Origin: the human T2T-CHM13v2.0 reference genome, Homo sapiens | DNA length: 64,000 bases | Assembly (NCBI RefSeq): GCF_009914755.1 | Contig: NC_060931.1 | Strand: one strand, 5' to 3' | Shown: piece by piece, positions 27,608-40,792 of the stretch | Layout: every line of letters begins with the position of its first letter | How positions within the stretch are numbered: position 1 is the first letter of the stretch | Notes under the pieces: model-generated | The model's input: the letters and a program-made list of their open reading frames with translations, nothing else | What the model was told of the DNA's origin: nothing | Databases searched by the model: none | Position numbers and translations under genes: made by a program

Positions 27608-28138
27608 TACTGTCCAAGTTACAGCTTTGGGTCATGTATCATGGCACATCCAAATCTTAGATTTTGCACTCTACTATGTATTTGTTTGCTTTTCTTATTT
27701 CCCCTCTAGGTTGTAAGTGATTTCAGTATTTTCAAAAATAATAATGATATATTGGCTTTAGAAACAATATCAGTAATATTAAAATATATTTTATACAAGC
27801 AATAAAATATATCAGTTATCTGCCAAGATAAGCCACTAACAAGCATTGTTTGTGTATATGTACACATGAATACCTTTTATGTCTTATCCCAAAATAAAGA
27901 CATAATAAACCATAATTTTGCCTTTGCTATAAGGATGAGTATTATATTTGAGAGACCTGGCTCTAGTGCTGGACTTCCTTGGTTGAAATATCAGTGCTAT
28001 CCCTTGCTATATATGTGTGACTTTGGGTGTGCTATTTAATATTTCTGTAACTCAGTTTTTTGATCAACAAAAATTGAGAAAATGGAAACATCAACTTCAA
28101 TAAATTAACCCATATAAACCATTTAGAACAATAACAAT

Positions 28139-28518
28139 TGTATTAGTTCATTTACACACTGCTGTAAAGAACTGCCTAAGACTGGGTAATTTATAAAGGA
28201 AAGAGATTTAATTGACTCACAGTTCAGCGTGGCTGGGGAGGCCTAAGGAAACTTACAATCATGGTGGAAGGTGAAGGGGAAGCAAGACACCTTCTTCAGA
28301 AAGCGTGAGGAAGGAGAATGAATGCAGGAGAGGCTACCAAACACTTACAAAACCATCAGATATGGTGAGAACTCACTCCCTATCATGAGAACAGCATGGG
28401 AAAAATCGCCCCCATGATCCAATTACCTCCACATGGTCTCTCCCCTAACATGTGGAGATTATCGAGATAATCTCCATTTGGAGACGTTTGGGTGAGGACA
28501 CAAAGGCTAATCATATCA
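28139..28518 (-). mobile_element. THE1D/MSTA-type MaLR solo LTR
   Basis: tgtattagttcattt...agactgggtaatttataaaggaaagag...cttacaatcatggtggaagg...aatcatatca. Confidence 0.9.
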
Positions 28519-28696
28519 ACAATCAACATTACCATTTTTTGAAATATGTATTATTTGAATACTTATTATTGAGAAGTATTAATCAATATTAGAGAAATAT
28601 TTTTGTGTTCCTCACTTAAGTAACAGAGCTTTATAGAAAAAATCTAATTTAGCTGAGAACCATTCCTCCAGTTTCCCCAGTATTAAGTACTGTTAT

Positions 28697-29340
28697 TGAG
28701 AGGTGACAACGTGCTAGCAGCCCTCACTCTCTCTAGGTGCCTCCTCAGCCTCGTGTCTGCTCTGGCCATGCTCAAGGAGCCCCTCAGGGCTGTGGGGGTT
28801 TGTAAATGCACCATTCAGTGCTCTGTAAAATGGACCAATCAGCTTCTCTGTAAAATGGACCAATCAGCAGGATGTGGGTGGGGCCAGATAAGAGAATAAA
28901 ATCAGGCCACCAGAGCCAGCAGCAGCCACCCGCTCCGGGTCCCCTTCCGCGTTGTGGAAGGTTTGTTCTTTCACTCTTCACAATAAAGCTTGCTGCTGCT
29001 CACTCTTTGGGTCGCACCGCCTTTATGAGTTGTAACACTCATCCCGAAGGTCTGCAGCTTCACTCCTGAAGCCAGCGAGACCATGAACCTACCGGGAGGA
29101 ATGAACAACTCCAGAGGCGCTGCCTTTAAGAGCTGTAACACTCACTGTGAAGGTCTGTAGCTCCACTCTTGAAGTCAACGAGACCACGAACCCACCAGAG
29201 GGAAGAAACTCCGGACACATCTGAACATTTGAAGGAACAAACTCCGGATACACCGTTTTTAAGAGCTGTAACACTCACCGCGACGGTCCGTGGCTTCATT
29301 CTTGAAGTCAGCGAGACCAAGAACAACAATTCTGGACACA
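28697..29340 (+). mobile_element. LTR12-family (ERV9) solo LTR, short form (LTR12B-like length)
   Basis: TGAGAGGTGACAACGTGC start, repeated ctgtaaaatggaccaatcagc, U5 repeats (ttaagagctgtaacactcac), end tctggacaca; 4-bp TSD ttat. Confidence 0.95.
28805..28905 (+). promoter_or_regulatory. LTR12 core promoter: tandem CCAAT (NF-Y) boxes, G-rich box and TATA-like AATAAAA
   Basis: ggaccaatcag twice (~28832, ~28857), gggtggggcc, gaataaaa at ~28894; activity not shown by sequence alone. Confidence 0.65.
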
Positions 29341-29799
29341 TTATGGCCCTCTGTCATTCTGAATTTTTACCTAGTGACAATATAAACTCTACAGTATACA
29401 GGATGTTTTATATATTAATTTTTGAAAACAAGAAATTGTGATTAATTATTGCTTTACTTTCTGTAGTTTGAATAAGTCCTTTAATTTTTATTTTAGACTT
29501 GCCTAATGATACAGGACAGGGAATCATGACTCAAAAGTTCACATTTATGTTGAGATATTTCATATTTCCTTATGGAAACTTCTTAGAGTTCATAAGTAAA
29601 GATTGTAGTCTTATTAATTTATTTGTTCATACATTCACTCAGCAATTCACGTAATCAGTATATATTTGTCAACTTCCATGTACTAAACTCTGCCAAGTGG
29701 TTTGGATGGAATAGCAAATAACACAGGTGAAGTTCCCACCCTCTTGGAACTCATTCATCTCCTACGGGATAGATAGGAGAGATAAGATAACTTTTTACA

Positions 29800-30135
29800 T
29801 GGTATTTGGAGTACAGGGCACAGGTCATAAGGGTGGGACCATAATATAATAGGATTGGTGTCATTATAAGAAAATAAAGAAACTTCAGAGAGTTATCTCT
29901 CTCTCTCTCTTTCTCTCTGTCTCTCTCTCTCTGTCTTGCACCCAGTGGAAAGGCCAAATGAGGGCACATTAAGAAGGTGGCAATCTGCAAGCCAAGACGA
30001 GAGCCCTCACAAGGACAAACTCTGCCAACACTTTGATCTTGGGCTTTCAGCCTGTAGAACTGTGGGAAAATACAGTTCTGTTGTTTAAGCCCCCCAGTTT
30101 GTAGTACTTCTTACAGCAGCACAAGCAGACAAATT
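29800..30135 (+). mobile_element. MLT1A/MST-type MaLR LTR containing a (TC)n repeat
   Basis: gaaggtggcaatctgcaagccaag...ttgatcttgggctttcagcctgtagaactgtggg...tgttgtttaagcc. Confidence 0.85.
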
Positions 30136-30404
30136 TAGTTGTGTGCATAGGAAGTATGAATTACAAATCACTTTAGCAGTATGACATATAAAATAATTAG
30201 TGTCAGAAGGAAACATTTAACATGGAGTCTAATGCCACATCAAATCTTCAGGCAAAACTTTCTAAACTGACAGCCTCACACAGAAAACTTAATAATTTCT
30301 TAATGATGTAAATGAGGATTTAGAGCATTTTAATAAATAATTATTGTCTAAAAATGGAGACTCTGCAGCAAACATGGTTCTTATGTGTTTTCTCTCCAAA
30401 GGTT

Positions 30405-30565
30405 GGGGGGAAGGGTAGGGAAAGAGTTACAGGGAGAAGAAGGAGAATGAGGAGGAAAGGAGGGGGCAAAGGAGAAGGAGGAGGAGAAAAAGGGAGGGAA
30501 AGATAGAGAAAAAGGAGAAAGAGAAGAAGAAAAAGAAGACGGTCAAGAGGAGGAGGAGGAGGGGA
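30405..30565 (+). repeat. GA-rich polypurine low-complexity tract
   Basis: Almost pure A/G run (gaaggagaatgaggaggaaagg...gaggaggagg). Confidence 0.9.
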
Positions 30566-30917
30566 AACAGTAATTGGTAGGTAGCCTCATCACTCTCATG
30601 CCTTAGTTAAATACTGATTAATCAGTTTCACTCTAAGTCTATTGTTATAATCATTCCCTTGCCTACATCTTCCACTGCTTTGTTTCTTATTTACTTCATA
30701 ATGTTCACCAGAAAATCTTAATTCTAGTTATATCCTCTTGTCAGTCAATTCTGTTTTAAAGGAATTGCCCCTTATTTTGGCCTGTGATTTCATTTTCCCC
30801 ATGGTGATAGTATATCCTGAGTAGCTATGGAGTAAGAAAATAAAGATATATTGTGCACACTTGAGGCAAAACGCTTGGCAGGAAACCAGTTGAGAGTTTC
30901 CTGGAAGTTCTATTCTA

Positions 30918-31376
<459 letters not shown>

Positions 31377-31399
31377 TAGATATAGATATAGATGCTACA

Positions 31400-32125
31400 A
31401 TCTCCTTTGTTGTAACTGATAATTACCATTATCTACCTCCTCCACCACTCATCCTAGTTGCCTTTATCTTTAATGAACGTTTCAGTTGGTCTAGATTGCT
31501 TTTCTGGTGGGATGACTCAGATCTTCCCTGAGAAAAATACCAAAGCCTTGGTATCTCGCTCTTGTTGGCATTGATTGCTGTAATTGTCTATTTCTGTTAT
31601 CATCAGAGAACCCCCATTATTTAACAAGTCCCTGATTATAGTCTTGGTCAACTACTTCTATGATCGTAGTTTTTCCTGTCTTAGCCTGATAGTCCGACAT
31701 TTTGAGAAACCTAGAATGATTAGATAGTAGTCATAGCTGAAGCTCAATGGAAATATCACTGGGATTTCTATCAGTGAATTTAGTGGAAATATTGTATCAG
31801 TAGGAAAAAGGAGTATATTATCCAGGAGACCCTAAGAATGGAAGGTATAATTACACATGTAGAGCATAGGCATTTACAATGGCAATTCCACGTTCCATCC
31901 TTAAATTTCTAGACTCAAGTATTGTAGCTATAAAGGACATTTCTCTTACATCAGTACATACTCCACTTCTTGGAATAACAGTGCCTGCCATCAGTCACTG
32001 GTGTGTTGCTCCCAGACTGATGAATTAACTAAGTCTTTCATGCCACTGTTCTATGAGACCAAATGCTTTCCAGTGAGATAGTATATGGTAGAACCAGTGG
32101 CACCTATGAGCAGATATTACTAGCT
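31400..32125 (-). mobile_element. ERVL/MaLR internal (integrase-region) remnant
   Basis: Reverse complement near 32100 reads HWFYHILSHWKAFGLIEQWH, resembling ERVL integrase HWSYHVPHHPEAAGLIERWN. Confidence 0.65.
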
Positions 32126-32140
32126 AGTAGTTGTCTTTAG

Positions 32141-32752
32141 GTTATACCTCTGGCTTTGAGGTCCCTAAGACCACCCGCAGACTATGATTCACTAGAATGA
32201 CTCACAGAACTCAGAAAAAGTTATTATACTCACAATTTTAGTTTATGACATTTGAAGTTTGCAGATTAAAATCAGCAAAGGGGGTTGGAGAAATCCAAGA
32301 GAAGCCTGTTGTGAGCATCCACATGTCGATTCCCCAATGAAATTGCAAAAGATATGATTAATTCTCCAAGAGATGATGTCTGACAAGTAGAAAGTGTTAC
32401 CAGTGAGAGAAGCTCAACTGAGTCTTGGTGTCCAGGATTTTCATTCGGGATTAATTGTGTAAACATTCAGCAGCCCTGTAACTGACCTCAACTATTCAGA
32501 TCACAGCATCTCAGAACACAAATAGGCATCAACAATAAATCACATTATTAGGATAAACTTATCTAGTCACACTGGTATAGTGTGGCCCAAAGACATAGGC
32601 ATACAGATACATTATTATTAGGCAGAAAATTTTGAAAGCTCAGAGGTTACCTCCTGGGAGTCACCCAAGGATCTCTCCTGAAGACAGGTCTTTTTCTTCA
32701 AATGTGCATGGTTTGAGCAACACAGGCCTGCTGAGTTAACCTTTTCCTGTAC
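32141..32752 (-). mobile_element. MER77/MER68/MER21-like LTR
   Basis: ggtccctaagaccacc...gattcactagaatgactcacagaactcagaaaa...cagattaaaatcagcaaagggg...ggcctgctgagttaaccttttcctgtaca. Confidence 0.75.
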
Positions 32753-33616
32753 AACCTCCTTATGTATGCAATGGATCTCTTAGCCTAATATTGATATTAT
32801 GTAGTTGATAATATTATTAAGTACATAATCGCGATATTGGTAAATGGAACAATTGATGCTAGTAGAGGCTCCTAATGTGCCAAAGGACAGAAACCACATG
32901 GTCCATACCTAAGACAACATGATTTCAGAGTGGAGTGGGAGAAAACCTGCCCAGAGCTGTTAACTCTGGTCATGACTGAAATAAGAGATGATGCAAGAGG
33001 ATCTGAGTTAGAGAAGTGAAGTCATAATATATAGAGGACAAAAGGAAGGTGAAGAATCACCTACACAGTCTCCACCAGGTTGCTTCAGCTTTTCTCTGGT
33101 TCAAGTATCTGACACCAGCTCTGACTGTCATAAAGAATTGTCAGAGGAGAGGTCAAGAACAAAATTCCAAGCTACTTTTCTATTTGATTCTTCTACAAAT
33201 TTAAAGGAAGCTTCCTTCCAAGCTGGAGCTGCCATAAAACCTCAGATAACCATGTTGGGGGTTGACTGGGTAGAATGAAACCAAATGTTTTGCTGTTCAG
33301 CATATTGATAAGAACCAGAATAGAACTTGCCAGCTATACCTTTAATAAGGTTAAAAATCAGGACTATATATTGTTATGTGCTTTCTGTACTTGAGAATGA
33401 ATGCAGTTATTTCAAAGAAAGATACATTTTATAGACAGGATTGGAATACATTTCTTCTATATTAACTGAGCCCTGGGAGAATAAAAAGTGAGAATTGCAA
33501 ACTGCAGAAGAGTAACAAGGGATATTGCAAAATGGGCACAAATAGATGCAAAATAATGACAAAAATGTCAAAGTTATCAGAAATAGCTGATTGGCCTTTT
33601 AAATGAAACCAGCAGT

Positions 33617-33655
33617 AACTAACGGGCCTTCTCATTTATCCTTCTCTAGGTAAGA
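33617..33655 (+). other. Strong 3' splice site abutting a 5' splice site (recursive-splice-site-like)
   Basis: AACTAAC branch-like motif, pyrimidine tract ccttctcatttatccttctc, TAG|GTAAGA (AG 33648-33649, GT 33650-33651). Confidence 0.4.
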
Positions 33656-35585
33656 TAGGTTATGCTTCAGAGTTCTGTTGCAGTTTGTAAATCTCTGTCC
33701 AGTGCCCTCAGAGGAAACCCAATATATCATAGCTATAAAACACTCAGTTAAACTGCCCAGATGCTACCATGAAAGAGTTTTCAAATTATAAAATACTTAT
33801 GTCAATACCACATTTTATCTGTACTTTTTATTGTGCAATGAACACAAGGTCTCTGGAGGTTTCCTTCATTGGCTGCTATCCAGCAGTTATTTTCACACAA
33901 AACACATATGCACATTTACTCGTGTGCACACACATACACATACATGGTAGGAATTCCACGAAGAGGTCATTTAGAAGTTTTACACAGTAGTGATAGTATG
34001 GGAAGTATGTGTATACCTGCTACAATTCCCTGGATAATTTTCACTGTGTGCTGAATTACTGATTTCATTTTATAAGTTATAATTTATGAAATAAATTCAT
34101 TTTCTTGCTCTGTGTTCAAACTACTCAATTACTTATTTTGGAGTAATACATATTCTTAAATATGGGTCTAATCCATTGTTTTCAGATCCCTGTCATACCA
34201 TAATTTGTGGTGTACCTAATTAAAGTTTATATGTTCCTAATTTACCACCACGCGTTCCTGTCTTGGCTCCATCTATAATCAACAATGTACTTTGGCTTCC
34301 ATCGTAGATATTTTATGGGCCTTTATATCATTTATAGACTCTGAATATTCTTATGCAGCATACAATCACATACAGAGTAAATCCTGAACCCATCATTACC
34401 CAACCCTGTCCTACCTTTCTTCAGCCTGTGCCCTGAACTACCTAGTCATAGTGCTCACAACCCACTCTCAGAACAAGAGTGTCTTTGTACAGCTCAGACT
34501 GTCATCTTATCTTCATAATGAACTTCGGGTTTCAGGTCATCCATGTTTGCCCCCCTTATTGTTCAGGCAAGTCTATGAGCTCCTCTACTCCTGCCACCTT
34601 TGCTCATGTTGGTATTCTTATATGGCAATTGGTTGATATTGCCATGACTTACCTTCTTGTATCTTCATAAGTTTATAGACTCCTGAAGTAGAAAAATCAC
34701 CCCTTGTTCTTTTCAATTAGCACCTTTACAACTTACTGGTCTGTCTAACTCCAGCACTTTATGAGAAGTAACTCTTCATCGGTCTTGGTTCACATAATGA
34801 CTAAGAGGGCCATAAAGGAAGAGTTTATGATTCTTGTGTCTCAATGATTTCATTGAACAATTCTGTCAAATTTTCAGAAAGGAGGATCAAAATTATGTCT
34901 AACAAATTTACTTGTGTGCAGTGCATACACACAAAACAATTTTAAACCCAGCATCTCACTGCCTCATCAAAATTTCAGTGAGGGTTAATGTAGGGGTTAT
35001 TATCACAGGTTTTATGACGAAAAAACTGAGATGTGAAGAGGCAAATGAAACATGATATGACCTTTAAGATGCAGTTTGAAGTTAGCTTTGTCCATGTCAG
35101 CATCTGGATCCTTAGTGCAGTCAAGAGAAGTTTGGGAAATTACAGTGAGTGGATATTTTATATTTTGTCAGCAATTTTCCAGAGTATTGTATTATGTTAT
35201 TAACTCACAGTATATGCATCCTTGCTACTCTCTAAATATATGGTTATTAGATTTAGAATATTATTAGCATAAATGCAATCTCAAGTAACATGAAAATTAA
35301 CATAAGACTCAGAATCAACCAAGAAAACACTGTTTACATGGGCTCAATGGAAACTTTGCCTGTTAGAATAAAGGAACAGTAAAGTGATCAATGTTTCAGA
35401 AATAATAAGACAACCACACTGTTTATAGGGAAATAACATTATGCAATGATAGGAAGCAAATTATACTTTGGTAACTGTTAAAAATGTCCCTTACCACTGC
35501 TTCTCCAAGGTTCTTGAATTAAATGTGTGACATTTTGGGGCAGCCATTATTATTATTCTATTTTACTATTCTGACCCTCTTGTAG

Positions 35586-35612
35586 GTCCTTACAAAGACT
35601 GATTGTCCAAAG
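35586..35612 (+). other. Candidate 27-nt microexon
   Basis: ttttactattctgaccctcttgtag|GTCCTTACAAAGACTGATTGTCCAAAG|gtaaga; canonical AG and AAG|GTAAGA; length is a multiple of 3. Confidence 0.4.
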
Positions 35613-36719
35613 GTAAGAATTTAGAAAGGATATTTTATCTTGTATACCATAGCTCAAAATTATTCCGGTACCCACTGACCTTGTCTAGCACTTTGCAGAC
35701 TTTTCAGAAATGAGATTTTATTATATTGCACTGCATTATAAACCTGGTTCTCTCTTTCCACTATGGAAGCAATCTAGTGGAATCCTAAGTGGATAAACTA
35801 TGAAACGGGAAGCAGATTATTTTTGAGAGAATAAATATTATGCCCAAACTGATATTATTTTTATTTGACAAGAGGGAATATAAGCAGCCACATCTGAAAA
35901 TAAACGAGAATGTCTAGGAATTATTGGAAAGTCATGCTTGATGGAGTTAGTCTCAGAGGTACTCAAAGCAAGAAGTTAGATGCCAAAAAGTAGCATAAAG
36001 AGTTAGGAAAAAAATTAAACAATGTTCAGAAATTTCAGAAAAATGGTGTTTAAATGGAGAGATGCATGACATTTTGGAAACTGAGAAAGTGATAATTAAT
36101 AATATCAAAATTAGGTGTTATTAAATTGAGGGAATTTTTAAACCAACTTTGCAAAAGAAGTTAATGGCTTAGACATATTTTACTGAATTATTCAAATAAT
36201 GATAAAGAGTCTTGTGGCTAGTGAGAGAGATGCTCACCTCTTGTGGACTCTGAACTTTTAAATAAGTGAATAGAACTTTAATGTTCTTTTAAGGTATCAA
36301 AAGACCAAAGAAGGAACAACACCACATGCACAAATTTCTCTAACTTAGAAAAATTGTTCCTTTGTTCTTGACTTTCTTTTTCAACTTCTATGATTTCTAA
36401 GGTGATTTCTTGTTTATAGTTAGTTTAAAAGTGTTTTATGCTGTATTATTAACAAAATTAATGCTAAAATTTGTTACTTATTAGTGTTTTATATGTAGTA
36501 GACACTATGTGAGGGACTTCAGATGTGTGACTGATACTGTATTCTATCTCCACACAATCATTTTCCAAGAGAAGCATTACCAGGGAAAGATGGTGTGGCA
36601 CTGCTGAGGATGTGGATTGGTATCACTCATGTTCACTTGCCTGTATATACTGGCCACTAGCTATTTTGGGGATGAGACTTTACTTTCAGTATTTTCTTCA
36701 ACTGTGAGTCAAACATTGA

Positions 36720-37065
<346 letters not shown>

Positions 37066-37445
37066 TCAGTTTTAATAAATTTATTTTTACAAATAGAAAT
37101 AAATGTCAACATGTGAGATTTTTAGTTTTTGTATCTGAACTGCTAATACATATTTATTGTCATCCTTACTTTGTATTGGTTATTTTATTAAGCCACATTA
37201 TTACATTTTTTCCATTATAAGGCATATAAGTCATTTGCAAATGAAAATAATATATATACATATAGATAACCATATGTATATATACATATAAAACAAAATG
37301 TGAACTTCACAGTGCTGAAAATAAAAGCTGTTGTTATTTCATCTTACTTTTCTTTGGGTAGTGATTGATGTATATATAAATGAGGCAAAGATGGTATTTG
37401 TATATTGGTCCTATGTTGCTTACTTCTTACCAGGAGGCCAATACC

Positions 37446-37908
37446 TGTTACCTCATAATCCTGCTGGCACCAAGCCTAACTTTTCACATTCAATTGTTTA
37501 AAATAAAACCCCAATAAACAGATTTTCAGCCATTTACAGCCCACTCGTTTTGCATACTATACAAAACTTACCAACATCTATTAGCCGTAGATTAGAAAAA
37601 CCCTAGGTTTGTATAGACCACATGCTGCCTGTCAGAGCTCTCTGCCCCAGAGATTCCTCCTGGGAAGCTAAGTGATACCACCTAGACATGCGAGCCCCCT
37701 CTTCAATCCTCATTCTCCTTAGGTATTATCTTGCTCCCTTCTCCTTCTAGGTGGTGGCCCCTGCATGGTTCTCATGCTATGAGGGCCTTCCCTGCATATA
37801 AATCTGTCAAAGCATCACCTAAATAAACTTAATTTTGTTCTTCTGCCACCTGGTGGTTATCCCATCCCTTTTTTCTTGATCAGCCCTTGTATCCCTTCCA
37901 CTAACTAC
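37446..37908 (+). mobile_element. Old ERVL-type LTR (MER74/MER73-like)
   Basis: ttttcagccatttacagccc...tttgcatac...catctattagccgtagat; AATAAA at ~37822; LTR-like U5 end; family assignment tentative. Confidence 0.55.
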
Positions 37909-38807
37909 TGTGAAATAAAAATAAGAGACAGGACCGACTATATCTTTGTTACATTTGCTATGTAATAGGCATTGTACTAGGCAATTTTCATTGACTTTAT
38001 CACTTTATCTTATAAAATTCTTACCCAATGGAGTAAATGTATTATTATTGCTTTACAAATAAAAAAATCAAGACTGAATGAACCAAAATTTCTAACAGGG
38101 AAGACACGTAGCTTGGCCAGTGATGAAAAGCAGACTCAGGCTTCACATCTCATTGTTTTCTGATTATAAAACTCAAGCCTATTAAAAATCCAGTACCCTA
38201 CTGCTAATCTTGAATCCAAAAGTCTTTTTCTGAGGTTCCACATCTGTGCCACATCCTGACTTGCATCAGGCAGCTCATTTTTACCAAATCTCTGTTTCTT
38301 TACTTAGAAAACTGGTGCAAAAGCAAACCTATCCTAGCTTTTCAAGGCCATGTGAGATAATGCATAGGCAATTGCTTTATTGTCTGTAAAGAGTATATGC
38401 ATAGGAAAACATTTTTTCCTTCTAATTTTTAAATTAAACCGGATAGTGAATCCATACATTACGGACATCATTATACAGACATAAAATAACATGAATGCCA
38501 ATGTAAAACATCAATATATGATTTACTTGTTTCCAAAGTGATACTAAGGACTTAAATGCTAAAAATTCATTATTTTGGATCCATTGTCAAAATGTGTACT
38601 GAATAGATATCTGAAGAGAAAGAAGAATAGTGTTTGTGTGGGGGGCAGAAACAAATCACTTGTTAGCAGTCTGAAAGAAAAGGGTACATTTTCCAAATAT
38701 AATTGAAATCATACATTTAAATTATTTTTTCTTAATAGAAAAAAATAGTAATATACAAGAGTCTAACACTTTCACTATTTTAAAAGTATTTTTATTTTAT
38801 TGGTGCC

Positions 38808-39233
38808 TGCTGTGGTTCGGATATAATTTGTCCCCACCAAAACTTGTGCCAGTGGGACCTAGTGAAGTGTCTGGGTCCTGAGAGCAGGTCACTCATGAAT
38901 AGGCAAATGCCCTCTCTCAGGAGTGAGTGTGTGCGGAATGGGTATGGTCCCTCAAGAGGAGGTTATTAAAGATTCTGGCTTCCTTGGTTTCTCCCTCTTG
39001 GCTCCCTCCCTCCTCACGTGATCTCTTGGCACACATTGGCTCCGCTTCAGTTTTCAGTTCTCTGCCATGAGTGGAAGCAGCCTAAGGCCCTCACCAGAAC
39101 CCTAGTAGATGACAGCTCCATGCCCATGAACTTCCAGCCAGCAGAACCAATTAGATAAATAAATCCCTTTTCTTTATAAATTACCCAGCCTCAAGTATTC
39201 TCTTAGAGCAACAACAAAAAAATGGGCTAAGAT
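38808..39233 (+). mobile_element. MSTB-type MaLR solo LTR
   Basis: tgctgtggttcggatat...tctgccatgagtggaagcagcctaaggccctcaccaga...ttctttataaattacccagcctcaagtattc...gggctaagata. Confidence 0.88.
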
Positions 39234-40464
39234 AGTAGCCTATACCTAGCAGCACAGGTTAAGAAAGATGATAAATGCTTTTAACTAAAAATAAATAAAT
39301 AAATACGTATTATATTATATATATTATATATATATATTATTTGTAAAACTAAAGTGTTTCAAATACGAATATTCTCTATTTTTTTCCAGTCTGGTTTTAT
39401 TATCCATTTTATGCAGAAGTGAGAGGAAGTAGATGAAAACTAGATTTCCAGCTGCTGCTGCAGTTACAAGTCCTTATTCCACCAGACGCATGATTAGGTA
39501 ATTTATGAAATAAGGAAAGAGGAAGTCATAGTTTTTTTAAATAGTGAATTTTAGACAAATTTCTTTTAAAAATCATGGAAACCATAAAATTTAACATAGT
39601 TTTCTATAGAGGGGTAAAAAGGTACATCTACATCAAAACTTTAAAGTGTGAAATGTACACACATGTGCATGCATGCGTGAGCATGTGTATTTGTGTGTGT
39701 ATTAAGAATACTTATATTTTAAGAAAGGTCTTCAAAGTAATATTAAGTTATTAATTTGCCTCCCAGTGGAAATTCTGTTAGAATACTGAAAACTCACACA
39801 GAACAAGTTGTAACTATTGAACTCATTGACCTGTCTTTATTTAGACTGGAAATAAAATGCAAAGTATTCTCTTATGAAGCTATTGGCTTAAAGTACTATC
39901 TTGTGTATTGCATGACCGCATAGGGAAATATATCTGATGTGGACTCTTGATTTAGAGTCCATCACTCAAATTTTGATTTAGAACCCTATTGGAATTTTGT
40001 TCCCAATAAAATTTATAAAATAACTTTATAAATATAACAAATGCCATACCACAGTGGCATGACACTCCTGAGGGTTTCCACATCCCTAAAGAAGTGACTC
40101 CACATGGACATTGCATGGAAAGGGTGGGATTCTGGTAGGTGACCATGTAATGGCCGCTTTTTTCCGGCACCTCCTGACAGACCCTGGCTTCCATGGCACA
40201 ATGCTGGTTTTCCTCCTACCACCACCTACCTCTTTCAGTCTGCTTTATGGGAAACTGTTCTGCTGGATGCCTCTTAAATGTTAGTGTTTTCTTACTCTTT
40301 AGCCTCACATTTGTACTCAATTTACATATTCTCCTGGACAACTTCCCTAATTCTACAACAGCCATCTGTATGTTAATGATTTCCAAATTTTCTCCTACCT
40401 ACTGCCCTTTCCTGAACTACAATTAAACCATCCGTCTTCCACTTCTTGTATTCTAGTGTTAGTA

Positions 40465-40792
40465 CCGTCATGTGCTGCATAATGACCAACATTTCAGTCA
40501 ATATGGGACCTCATATATGATAATGATCTCCGAATATTATGATCCTGTATTTTTACTGTACGTTTTCTATGTTTAGACCCACAAAACCTTAGCATTGTGT
40601 TCCAATTGCCTATGTAGTCGTGATAGTAACATGCAATCCTAGGAGCAATAGGCTAAACCACGTAGCCTAGGTGTGTAATAGACTATAAACTATCTGGGTT
40701 TGTGTAAGTACACTCTGTGATGTTACCACAACAAAACTGCCTAATGATACATTTCTCATCAAATATCCCTGCCATTAAGTGAGGTATGATTG
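40465..40792. mobile_element. Tigger3a (MER7-type) non-autonomous DNA transposon
   Basis: Degenerate TIRs c(c)gtcatgtgctgcataatgac ... ttaagtgaggtatgattg, TA target duplications, internal cctaggagcaataggcta...ggtttgtgtaagtacactct. Confidence 0.85.

Noticed and set aside
29020-29330. Repeated ~70-120-bp units resembling a spaced array
   Set aside because: Normal U5 tandem repeats of LTR12; not CRISPR-like, and the DNA is eukaryotic.
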